Program-made: the position numbers and the translations under genes | Shown here: piece by piece, positions 48,115 through 56,864 of the stretch | How the letters are laid out: every line of letters begins with the position of its first letter | How positions within the stretch are numbered: position 1 is the stretch's first letter | NCBI GenBank assembly: GCA_965197475.1 | Contig: CBDANF010000003.1 | Coordinates: 2,592,001-2,656,000 of the forward strand | Length of the DNA stretch: 64,000 bases | From: Candidatus Poribacteria bacterium | GTDB lineage: Bacteria; Poribacteria; WGA-4E; WGA-3G | Direction of reading: 5' to 3' | The notes under the pieces: generated by a model | Told to the model about the DNA's origin: nothing | Database searches by the model: none | What the model saw: the letters and a program-made list of their open reading frames with translations, nothing else

Positions 48115-49644
48115 ATGGTGCCAATTCAGATAGAGAATATCTTTTTCACCTATCCGAGTCGTGAAACGCCTACGCTCCACGGTATCAGTGCCGAGATTTC
48201 CCCTGGTGATTTTCTTTTACTAACTGGACCAACCGGCTGCGGAAAAACCACATTGCTCCGCACGATGAACGGTTTGATTCCGCATGCTTCGGCAGGAACG
48301 TTGACTGGCATCGTAAATTTGAATGGTCAAAACGTTGCGACTCAACCCCTTGCAGCGACCTGTCAACAGGCCGCACTCCTCTTCCAAAATCCTGATAATC
48401 AACTTTTTTGCACACTTGTAGAAGATGAAATTGCGTTTGGACTCGAAAATCTCGGTTTTCCACCTGAAGAGATCAAAAAACGTCTTAGTTCTGCTTTAGA
48501 ACAGGTAGGTTTAAGAGGTTTTGAGAACAGGCGTATCGTAGATCTCTCCGGTGGTGAAAAGCAGCGTGTGGCACTCGCCTCTATCTGTGCAATGCAGCCG
48601 CAGGTCTTGCTACTTGACGAACCGACAAGTCATCTTGATCCACGTGCAACGCGAGATATTCTCAACATAGTCAAGCAGCTAAATACCGAAATGGGGATTA
48701 CGGTCGTGTTGGCAACCCATCAAGTCAAAGAAGTTGCACCGTTGTGCAACCGTGTCTGGCTCATGCGCGAAGGGCAACTCTGTTTGAACGCACCAAAAGT
48801 AAAGGCATTTCAAGACACAACAGTCTTTCGGAGTTTGGGTGTGGAGGTGCCTGAACCAGAAATATCTTCAACCGACGTTTGCACGAACTCCTCCTCTTTT
48901 TTACCATTAAACAATACTCTCCTTAATGTCCGAGATCTCCATTTTCGCTATCCAAACAGCGATAAGCATGCAGTGAAGTCAATAACTTGTGATGTCTCAC
49001 GTGGAGAGATAATTGCTATCATGGGAGCAAACGGGTCTGGCAAAACAACGCTGCTCCATCTCATCGGGAGATTGCTTCAACCTTCAGCAGGGGAGGTTAC
49101 TATAGATGGAAAAGGGGCGAAACGCCTGAAACTCCATCAGTTAGCAGGAAAGGTCGGGATAGTCTTTCAGAATCCTGACCTGTTGCTGCAGGCAGAAACC
49201 GTCAAGGATGAGGTGGAATTTGGTCCCAAAAACCTGAGATTGAGTACTGAAACCCTCAAAAACCGCGTAGATAGGACGCTTGCCCAATTTAAGCTGGCAG
49301 ATTTTGCCGAAGAAGCTCCTTATTCGCTTTCACGCGGACAACGTCAACGCGTTGCTGTCGCTGCTACCTTTTCACTGCATCCCGATATCTTCCTTCTTGA
49401 TGAACCCACCACAGGTCAAGACGCACAACACCTTCAACATCTGATGGACGAGCTCTACAATCAAATCCGACAAGAGAACAAGACTCTCATATTCGCAACG
49501 CATAACATGCGGCTCACCTTGAAATATGCAGATCGTGTTCTGTTGCTGCGGGAAGGGGAAAAGATTTTTGATGGCGCACCTGATATCGCCTTCACTGATC
49601 CGCAACTCCTACAAGAAGCATCGCTGACCTTTGAAATAAATTGA
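48115..49644 (+). CDS. ECF transporter duplicated ATPase (EcfA-A' fusion)
   Basis: Two ABC domains: GPTGCGKT/LSGGEKQR/DEPT and GANGSGKT/LSRGQRQR/DEPT; FQNPD. Confidence 0.9.
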   Translation: MVPIQIENIFFTYPSRETPTLHGISAEISPGDFLLLTGPTGCGKTTLLRTMNGLIPHASAGTLTGIVNLNGQNVATQPLAATCQQAALLFQNPDNQLFCTLVEDEIAFGLENLGFPPEEIKKRLSSALEQVGLRGFENRRIVDLSGGEKQRVALASICAMQPQVLLLDEPTSHLDPRATRDILNIVKQLNTEMGITVVLATHQVKEVAPLCNRVWLMREGQLCLNAPKVKAFQDTTVFRSLGVEVPEPEISSTDVCTNSSSFLPLNNTLLNVRDLHFRYPNSDKHAVKSITCDVSRGEIIAIMGANGSGKTTLLHLIGRLLQPSAGEVTIDGKGAKRLKLHQLAGKVGIVFQNPDLLLQAETVKDEVEFGPKNLRLSTETLKNRVDRTLAQFKLADFAEEAPYSLSRGQRQRVAVAATFSLHPDIFLLDEPTTGQDAQHLQHLMDELYNQIRQENKTLIFATHNMRLTLKYADRVLLLREGEKIFDGAPDIAFTDPQLLQEASLTFEIN

Positions 49645-49669
49645 CATATCCCTTTTCTTTTGGTATTAT
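49641..49669 (+). promoter_or_regulatory. Sigma70-type promoter
   Basis: TTGACA-17 bp-TATTAT with an extended TG; overlaps the ATPase stop codon. Confidence 0.7.
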
Positions 49670-49673
49670 TAAA

Positions 49674-49794
49674 CAGGACTACGCACAAGCGGTAGGCGCG
49701 CTTTGTAAGCGCGCTGGAAACTCAGAATTCTGCTGAAAATTACACCATTTTAGTTAAACTTATTGAAAAAATCGTGAAAATTGCGTAAGTCTTA
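49674..49794. mobile_element. MITE (~121 bp) carrying a REP-like palindrome
   Basis: Imperfect IRs CAGGACTACGCA / TGCGTAAGTCTTA flanked by a TTAAA direct repeat (49669-49673, 49795-49799). Confidence 0.7.
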
Positions 49795-49799
49795 TTAAA

Positions 49800-50097
49800 G
49801 TTAAAGTGGTGATGATTAAGACGCAGCTATAATATCATTGCACATTTATGCGGTAAATGGAGCATTGGTCAGGACACTCAAGTTAGGACATTAGTCTGCG
49901 GGGATTTATGAGCATCGGGACCGTGCTGCGTATTGGGATGGTAGGAATGTACAAGGGGAGCGTGCAGCAAGTGGGATCTATTTTTATACATTAACTGCAG
50001 ACAATTTCACATCAACACGGAAGATGTTGATTAGGAAGTAGAAGCGATCTCTGAAATAGCACTTTCTTATAGGCGCGGTCGGAAACCGCGCCTTTTT
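49800..50097 (+). ncRNA. Candidate structured non-coding RNA (family unknown)
   Basis: Lies between a consensus promoter and an intrinsic terminator; nested stems GTCTGCGG/CTGCAGAC and TGCTGCGT/GTGCAGCA; hairpin ATCAACA/TGTTGAT. Confidence 0.4.
50071..50097 (+). terminator. Intrinsic terminator
   Basis: AGGCGCGGT-CGGAA-ACCGCGCCT-TTTT. Confidence 0.8.
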
Positions 50098-50175
50098 CTA
50101 TTGCATCTATTTGCACAAAGTGCTAAATTAAGATGAGATTTGCACAAGATTTAAATTTTTTACAGGAGAAATAAA

Positions 50176-50739
50176 ATGCGTCGAAAACTTTTAATTTTTG
50201 GTTTAACGATACTTTTCATCGGTGTCATAATAGCGATAAGTATCCGCTCGGTCGAAAGCCAGGGGGATATGGTGGAACGCGGTAAATATCTTGTTGATGC
50301 TGTGGCTGCCTGTGGATATTGCCATACACCGCGTGCGGGTGCTGAATACAATATGAAAATGTACCTTGCGGGACATCCCGCAAGTGATCCTTACCCGCGT
50401 TATAATTTTAACATGATGCAGCAAGGGATTTTTCTTTTGACCTCACCTCAATTAAGTGCTTTTTCTGGTCCGTTTGGAACGAGTTTCGCATCAAACTTAA
50501 CTCCAGACAAAGAAACTGGGTTAGGGGAATGGACAGAGAAAATGTTTATTGAAGCAATGCGCACTGGGCTGCACCAGGGTAATCCTGACAATAGGAAAAT
50601 CTTCCCGCCTATGCCGACGAAGCATTATGCCCAAATGAACGATGCTGATCTCAAAGCAATTTGGGCTTACCTCAAGTCTATTAAACCTGTCAAAAACGAA
50701 GTCAGTCCGGTATTGAATAGATTTGGCAGACCGTTTTAA
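50176..50739 (+). CDS. Monoheme c-type cytochrome
   Basis: Signal peptide, RGKYLV...CGYCHTP, ASNLTPD.ETGLG, PPMP. Confidence 0.9.
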   Translation: MRRKLLIFGLTILFIGVIIAISIRSVESQGDMVERGKYLVDAVAACGYCHTPRAGAEYNMKMYLAGHPASDPYPRYNFNMMQQGIFLLTSPQLSAFSGPFGTSFASNLTPDKETGLGEWTEKMFIEAMRTGLHQGNPDNRKIFPPMPTKHYAQMNDADLKAIWAYLKSIKPVKNEVSPVLNRFGRPF

Positions 50740-50828
50740 AATAGTCGGCACATGTCACCGAATGCCGTAAGCACATTCAGATTTAATTTGGTGTGCCGTA
50801 ACTACCAAAATTGGAGACACTATTTATT

Positions 50829-51893
50829 ATGGCATCAAAGAAAAAACAGGTTCGCGTTGCTGTTGTGGGGATGGGGATTGGTAGACCGAATGGGGCAGCA
50901 CTCTCGCGAAACTCAAGAGGAAATGTTGTAGCACTCTGCGATCTTGATGAAGAACGCATGAAAGGCTTCGCGAAGGATTTACCGGGGAAGGTCAAACTCT
51001 ACACAGATTACAAAGAGATATGCAAAGCGTCTGATATTGACGCAGTGTTTGTTGGCACGCCAAATCAGTGGCATGTGCCGATAGCGTTAGAAGCAGTGCA
51101 GAACGGCAAGCACGTTATGGTGACTAAACCGTTGGCAGATTGCGAGGAAGCGGCTGAAAAGTTAGTTAAAGAAGCTGAAGCAGCGGGAGTCGTTAATATG
51201 ATGTCGCTCTCTACCCGTTTCGGTCATAGCTGCCAACACTTTGGTGACCTCGATCGCGATAACTATTTCGGTGAACTATATTATGCGCGTGCGCGAAGCG
51301 TCCGAAGAAGTGGTATCCCCGCATGGAATCTCGGTTTCATTCAGAAAGGAGGCGGCGCATTTCGAGATATGGGGGTGCATGTGCTTGATTCTGTCTGGTG
51401 GATTATGGGTATGCCTAAACCTATCTCTGTTCTCGGTGCTGCTGGGGCGAAATTTGGTCCTCGTGGGCTTGGCTATTGGAACCGTACAAAACCACCGAAA
51501 GAGACGTATGAAAAATATGACTCTGATGATTATGCTGGCGGTTTCATTACCTTTGAAAATGGAGTTGGCTTACAGGTAGAAAGTTTCTGGGCATCACATC
51601 AACCTGGAGAGTTTCAGATAGAACTTTTTGGCACTGAAGCTGGGGCTACACTGAGTCCATTGAAGGTATATCGAACAGATAAAAAAGGTGAATTTGAGGA
51701 TATAGATGTTACTCTACCAAAAAGTAAGTACAATGAAGCGTGGGATGCCATTGCTGACCATTTTATTGAGTGTATCTTGGACGGTGAAGACTGCAAAGCT
51801 CCGCTTCGCCACGGACTGATTGTGCAGAAGATGATGGAAGGTTTACTCAAAAGTGGTGAGACGGGGCGCGAGGTTCACATTGAGGTAGATTAA
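50829..51893 (+). CDS. Gfo/Idh/MocA oxidoreductase
   Basis: VVGMGIG, GTPNQWH, GKHVMVTKP, GGGAFRDMGVH. Confidence 0.9.
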   Translation: MASKKKQVRVAVVGMGIGRPNGAALSRNSRGNVVALCDLDEERMKGFAKDLPGKVKLYTDYKEICKASDIDAVFVGTPNQWHVPIALEAVQNGKHVMVTKPLADCEEAAEKLVKEAEAAGVVNMMSLSTRFGHSCQHFGDLDRDNYFGELYYARARSVRRSGIPAWNLGFIQKGGGAFRDMGVHVLDSVWWIMGMPKPISVLGAAGAKFGPRGLGYWNRTKPPKETYEKYDSDDYAGGFITFENGVGLQVESFWASHQPGEFQIELFGTEAGATLSPLKVYRTDKKGEFEDIDVTLPKSKYNEAWDAIADHFIECILDGEDCKAPLRHGLIVQKMMEGLLKSGETGREVHIEVD

Positions 51894-51894
51894 A

Positions 51895-52599
51895 ATGAAT
51901 ATTGACATGTCAATCCTGCGTGATGATTTTGTTCAAATAGGTTTTGCTATCGTGCCTAATCTGTTTACACGAAGCGAAGTACAACGGCTTAAATTTGAGT
52001 GTATTGACATTCTGGAAGCAGTTAAGAAAGAGACAGGCGCAGTCGCCGGACACGGCGTTTATGTTGGTTTAGCTGCGCGGAGTCCTGTCTTTCAGGAAGC
52101 GGTCGGCGATGCACGGTTACTTGATATTTTAGCGGAAATCCTCGCACCAGATATCGAATTTCTGAGCGATAAGGTAGTTTTCAAAAGTGATTCAATGGCC
52201 TTTGCGAGTCCGTGGCACCAAGATTGGCATTATTGGCACGGTGTGCACAAACTCTCGATCTGGGTTGCGCTTGACGATGCCACTGTTGAAAACGGATGTC
52301 TCAAACTTTTTCCGGGATCGCACAAATCTGCTATTGTTCACGATGGCGACGCGAGCGATGGGCACGGGTTTGGAAATCGTTTGCGTCCCGATGCAATTGA
52401 TGAAAGCCTTGCAGTTACTGCTGAATTGGAAGCAGGCGGCGCAGTCTTTTTCCATGATCTGACACTTCATTCAAGCCATCCGAACCGTTCTGGAAAGGAA
52501 CGGTGGGTCTGGATTCCAACATATCGTGATGCAAAGGCTGAAGATAACGATTATCCGTGGGTAGTTGCTGCGAAAGTTTTGCGCGGTGAAAAGAGGTAA
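51895..52599 (+). CDS. Phytanoyl-CoA dioxygenase (PhyH) family 2OG-Fe(II) oxygenase
   Basis: PWHQD, WVALDDA..ENGCL...PGSH, LTLHSS.PN. Confidence 0.9.
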   Translation: MNIDMSILRDDFVQIGFAIVPNLFTRSEVQRLKFECIDILEAVKKETGAVAGHGVYVGLAARSPVFQEAVGDARLLDILAEILAPDIEFLSDKVVFKSDSMAFASPWHQDWHYWHGVHKLSIWVALDDATVENGCLKLFPGSHKSAIVHDGDASDGHGFGNRLRPDAIDESLAVTAELEAGGAVFFHDLTLHSSHPNRSGKERWVWIPTYRDAKAEDNDYPWVVAAKVLRGEKR

Positions 52600-52653
52600 T
52601 TTTCTCACAGTATTTTGAGAGTTTATTTTATTTGAAATGAAAAAGGAGAAGAC

Positions 52654-53508
52654 ATGTTTAAAAATCTAAGTACTGGTGCAATCGGTATCCATGCAAACAT
52701 GAAAGAAGGTTTAGCATTAGCAAAAAACTCTGGATTTGATGGGCTTGACCTAAATATTGGTGAAGCAAATCAACTTGCTCAAGAACATTCTGTTGACTAT
52801 GTGAAAGAGTTGTGGGCAGAGTCAGGTATTGCGATGGGCGGTTGGGGATTCGGCGTTAACTGGCGCGGTTCTGATGCAGATTATTATGCAGGATTAGCAC
52901 AATTACCGGCACGTGCAGAACTTGCTGCTGAACTCGGATGCTTCCGCACAACGACCGTTGTGGGACCCGCTTCAAACGATATGACATATCAGCAGAATTG
53001 GGATTTCTCTGTCAAACGGCTCCGTCCTGTCGCAGAAATTCTCAAAGCACACGGCCATTCAATAGGTCTTGAGTTTATTGGACCGGCGACAAGTCGGAAG
53101 TCTGCTAAACACCTCTTTGCCTATTCAATGGATGCCATGTTAGGACTAGCTGCCTCAGTCGGTACGGGGAATGTTGGGCTACTCTTTGATACATGGCACT
53201 GGTACACTTGTCGCTCCACCGTTGACGATGTGCGAAAACTTTCCGCATCAGATGTTGTTTATGTCCACATCAATGATGCCCCAGCAGGTATTGATCCGGA
53301 TGAACAGATTGATAATATCCGTTGTCTGCCCGCAGAGACTGGTGTTATCCCACTCACAGAATTGATACAAATTCTGGACAACATCGGCTATAAGGGACCT
53401 GTGACCCCCGAACCGTTCAGCAAAAAGGTGAACGAAATGGAACCCGCCGATGCCGCGAAAACCACCGCGGAATCACTTAATCAGGTGTGGGAAAACGCGG
53501 GACTATAA
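52654..53508 (+). CDS. Sugar phosphate isomerase/epimerase (xylose-isomerase-like TIM barrel)
   Basis: GLEF, LLFDTWH, VHINDA, GYKGPVTPEPF. Confidence 0.85.
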   Translation: MFKNLSTGAIGIHANMKEGLALAKNSGFDGLDLNIGEANQLAQEHSVDYVKELWAESGIAMGGWGFGVNWRGSDADYYAGLAQLPARAELAAELGCFRTTTVVGPASNDMTYQQNWDFSVKRLRPVAEILKAHGHSIGLEFIGPATSRKSAKHLFAYSMDAMLGLAASVGTGNVGLLFDTWHWYTCRSTVDDVRKLSASDVVYVHINDAPAGIDPDEQIDNIRCLPAETGVIPLTELIQILDNIGYKGPVTPEPFSKKVNEMEPADAAKTTAESLNQVWENAGL

Positions 53509-53536
53509 CGAAACCCGTTTCACGGAAGGAACAAAA

Positions 53537-54352
53537 GTGCAACTTATTAACAAAGAGAGTATTCTCGCGATAACATATTTATGGGAAGGGGATAGGTTCC
53601 CTGATGGACGACCTCGCGTTCCCGATGATATTCTTCAACGGATGAAGGCAATCACCATTGAGCAGGCGTGGGGTGTTCTCAATGGTAACGGTTATAAGTT
53701 TCAGTTCGCCGGCGATTGGATGAATCTGCATCCTAAACGTGTTCTCGTTGGTAGGGCAGTGACATGCGCGTTTGTCCCGATTCGTCCGGATTTCAACGAT
53801 GCCGTCTCTGCACAAGGTGAAAAAGATGGTCGCGTCGGCGGGCAAAACTCTTGGGTGATTGATACCCTTGTCCGTGACGATGTTATCGTAGTTGACCTCT
53901 TTGGCAAAGTCAAGGATGGTACTTTCGCTGGTGATAACTTGGGCAATTCTATCTATGCGAAAACTGGAACAGGAATGGTTATTGACGGTGGAATCCGAGA
54001 CCTTGATGGAATCTATGAATTGCCCGATTTCGCCACGTTTGTGCGCGGCGTAGACCCTACCGGCATTGCTAACGTCACACTCACAGGTATTAACATCCCT
54101 ATCCGCATTGCTGAAGCGACCGTTTTGCCGGGTGATATTGTGTTAGGCAGGCGCGGCGGGGTGATCTTTATTCCACCGGACTTCGCGCAGCAGGTGGTTG
54201 AACAGGGAGAGGAAGTTCAACTCCGCGACCGATTTGGACATCAACGTTTGCGAGAAGGAATTTACACACCCGGCGAAATTGATAGAAAATGGTCAGACGA
54301 GATTGAAAAGGATTTCGTTGAGTGGCGCGCTACGCAAAAACAGGTTATTTAG
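53537..54352 (+). CDS. RraA/HMG-aldolase family protein
   Basis: GRAVT, VIVVDLFG, GDNL, VIDGGIRD, PGDIVLG. Confidence 0.85.
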   Translation: MQLINKESILAITYLWEGDRFPDGRPRVPDDILQRMKAITIEQAWGVLNGNGYKFQFAGDWMNLHPKRVLVGRAVTCAFVPIRPDFNDAVSAQGEKDGRVGGQNSWVIDTLVRDDVIVVDLFGKVKDGTFAGDNLGNSIYAKTGTGMVIDGGIRDLDGIYELPDFATFVRGVDPTGIANVTLTGINIPIRIAEATVLPGDIVLGRRGGVIFIPPDFAQQVVEQGEEVQLRDRFGHQRLREGIYTPGEIDRKWSDEIEKDFVEWRATQKQVI

Positions 54353-54387
54353 TAGACACTTTTCTAATAACAAAGGTAAGATTTATA

Positions 54388-55098
54388 TTGCGCGATTACA
54401 CTGAAATAATTGATCAATTGAAACAGTTAGACTTGCCGTTGAATTTAATCGGCACGGTTCACAATTACCCTATATACCAACTCCGCCTTGAATCATCAGA
54501 GAATACTCCTAAAAATGTCTTGATTACGGGAGGCATGCACGGAGATGAACCCGCAGGTGTAGAAGCTACGTTGCAGTTCTTAGCACGGAACAACAGCGAC
54601 CTTTTGCAGAGATTTAGTTTTGTTGTAATTCCATGCATCAACCCCTACGGGTATGTACACGAAACACGTGAAAATAAGGATGGTGTAGATATTAACCGCT
54701 CTTTTGAAAGTGAGGAGGTTAGTGAAGTGGCTATCGTCAAACGTGCCATCGGTCAAACGCAATTCACGTTAGCGATAGACTTTCACGAGGACTACGAGGT
54801 GACAGGGTTTTACCTCTATGAAGGCAGGCGGAATGAACAACATATAGGACCGGAGATCGCCGAAGTAGTCAAAACTATCGGGCCTATAGATACCGAAGAT
54901 TCAGGTGAAGATGCCCCTGATATTGCCCAAGGCGTTTACAAAGTTGCTTCAGAATGGGGCACACAAGGTTTAGCACCTTACCTGTTACATTTCCATAGTG
55001 AGCATGTCATCATCACTGAAACACCGACCGTTTGGCCGTTTGAACAACGCGCAGCACTTCATTTAGGTGTTTTGGATACCGCTTTAACATATTACTAA
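54388..55098 (+). CDS. M14 metallocarboxypeptidase / succinylglutamate desuccinylase-like protein
   Basis: GGMHGDEPAG, NPYG, DINR.F, IDFHED, ETP. Confidence 0.85.
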   Translation: MRDYTEIIDQLKQLDLPLNLIGTVHNYPIYQLRLESSENTPKNVLITGGMHGDEPAGVEATLQFLARNNSDLLQRFSFVVIPCINPYGYVHETRENKDGVDINRSFESEEVSEVAIVKRAIGQTQFTLAIDFHEDYEVTGFYLYEGRRNEQHIGPEIAEVVKTIGPIDTEDSGEDAPDIAQGVYKVASEWGTQGLAPYLLHFHSEHVIITETPTVWPFEQRAALHLGVLDTALTYY

Positions 55099-55108
55099 GG
55101 AAATACAG

Positions 55109-56368
55109 ATGGAAACACAGTCCATATTATCAAATGTGGATACCGCTTCCCGCCCCTCAGAACTCAAAATTACCGAGATGCGAATTGTCCGAACACAAGT
55201 GGGCGGACCTATCTTGAAACTGGATATAAATCAGGGTATACACGGGCTTGGCGAGGTTCGTGATGGTGCGAGTCCAACGTATGCCTTAATGCTCAAAAGC
55301 AGAATTTTGGGTGAAAATCCATGTAACGTTGATAAAATCTTTCGGCAGATAAAACAATTTGGTCACCACGCACGTCAGGGTGGCGGTGTTAGTGGTATTG
55401 AAATGGCATTGATGGACCTTGCGGGGAAAGCCTACGGCGTGCCGTGTTATCAACTTGCAGGTGGAAAATTCCGAGACAAAATCCGATGCTATAGCGATAC
55501 ACCGTCGCTGAAAGATGCCGAAGCGATGGGCAACAAACTTCAAGAACGTATTGACAGAGGATTCACATTTCTCAAGATGGATGTCGGTGTCGGATTACTC
55601 CGCGGCATTCCCGGCACCCTCTCTGCTCCCGATGGACATTTAGATACGCACAATCTGATGCACCCCTTTACCGGTATTCGACTCACGGAAAAAGGCATCG
55701 GTGTACTGTGTGAATATGTTGAAACGGTTCGGAACATTATCGGGTATGAGGTGCCGCTTGCGGTGGATCATTTCGGACATATCGGTATTGAGGATTGTAT
55801 CCGCCTCGCAAGAGCATTAGAGAAGTATAACCTTGCATGGTTAGAGGATATGGTGCCGTGGCAATATACGAATCAATATGTTCGTCTTTCCAATTCCTGT
55901 GCAACACCTATCTGCACAGGCGAGGATATCTACTGCAAAGAGGATTTCATGCCGTTGTTTGAAAACCGTGCAATTGCGGTTTGTCATCCGGATATTGCAA
56001 CATCGGGTGGGATTTTGGAGACGAAGAAGATTGGAGACCTTGCAGAAGAACACGGTATTGCTATGGCTCTGCACATGGCGGGGACTCCTGTTTGCGCGAT
56101 GGCGAGCGTTCACTGCGCTGCGGCTACATCAAACTTTATGATATTGGAAAATCACTCCGTGGATAATCCGTGGTGGGATGAGATGGTAACTGGATTGCCG
56201 AATCCGATTATTCAAGACGGCTATATTAATGTTCCAGAGACACCTGGCTTAGGTATTGAACTCAATGAAGAGGTGATAAGAGAACATCTGCATCCAAACG
56301 AAACAGCATATTTTTCGCCTACAATTGAATGGGATGCTGAACGTTCACATGATAGGTTGTGGAGTTAG
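55109..56368 (+). CDS. Mandelate racemase/muconate lactonizing enzyme family (acid-sugar dehydratase-like)
   Basis: GLGE, EMALMDLAGK, KMD, WLED, TGED, PGLGIE. Confidence 0.9.
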   Translation: METQSILSNVDTASRPSELKITEMRIVRTQVGGPILKLDINQGIHGLGEVRDGASPTYALMLKSRILGENPCNVDKIFRQIKQFGHHARQGGGVSGIEMALMDLAGKAYGVPCYQLAGGKFRDKIRCYSDTPSLKDAEAMGNKLQERIDRGFTFLKMDVGVGLLRGIPGTLSAPDGHLDTHNLMHPFTGIRLTEKGIGVLCEYVETVRNIIGYEVPLAVDHFGHIGIEDCIRLARALEKYNLAWLEDMVPWQYTNQYVRLSNSCATPICTGEDIYCKEDFMPLFENRAIAVCHPDIATSGGILETKKIGDLAEEHGIAMALHMAGTPVCAMASVHCAAATSNFMILENHSVDNPWWDEMVTGLPNPIIQDGYINVPETPGLGIELNEEVIREHLHPNETAYFSPTIEWDAERSHDRLWS

Positions 56369-56375
56369 GATTGGA

Positions 56376-56864
56376 TTAGGTTAGCAGCTTTGCTAATTCC
56401 CCGCCACAACGTATAGTCTTAATCTCAAATGGCTTTCCGTTGAAATGTACTCTGGATTGACTGTTCCTGAGTCGTTTAATTTCTGCCCTACTCAGATGAT
56501 TGTGGAATAAAACAGGAAAGCATAAAGTTTTAGAACCTATCGGTATATAGGTGGCAGCAAAGGCAGCACCACCTTTTAACTGTTCTACTGCTTTTGCTGC
56601 CTCAGCATTTTTGCCACCTTTAAGTTCTATTGGAACCGCAACGAAGTTTTCTGCAGTATCAAAGAAAAAGAGAATACATTCACACTGATTTTCTCCTTGT
56701 CGTCCATGTGGAAAAACCTTGTCTAAATCCACTACAACTCGATTATTTTCTGATACACCGGTCAAGTCTGCGCTACAATTACCTCTTTTGAACGAATTGG
56801 CGTAAAACAGGTTTTTGCTCCCCACCCGATCTCGAATATCCTGAAGGATTTCACTCCTGTTCAC
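56376..56864 (-). CDS. Small hypothetical protein, PD-(D/E)xK-like; partner of the ABC ATPase
   Basis: CECILF...VPIELKGG...AVEQL; overlaps the ATPase stop codon. Confidence 0.6.
   Translation of the reverse strand: MNRSEILQDIRDRVGSKNLFYANSFKRGNCSADLTGVSENNRVVVDLDKVFPHGRQGENQCECILFFFDTAENFVAVPIELKGGKNAEAAKAVEQLKGGAAFAATYIPIGSKTLCFPVLFHNHLSRAEIKRLRNSQSRVHFNGKPFEIKTIRCGGELAKLLT

Noticed and set aside
49800-50070. RNase P, tmRNA, SRP, T-box or cobalamin riboswitch
   Set aside because: The hallmark motifs (GAGGAAAGTCC, tRNA-like ends, SRP domain IV, T-box, B12 box) were not found.
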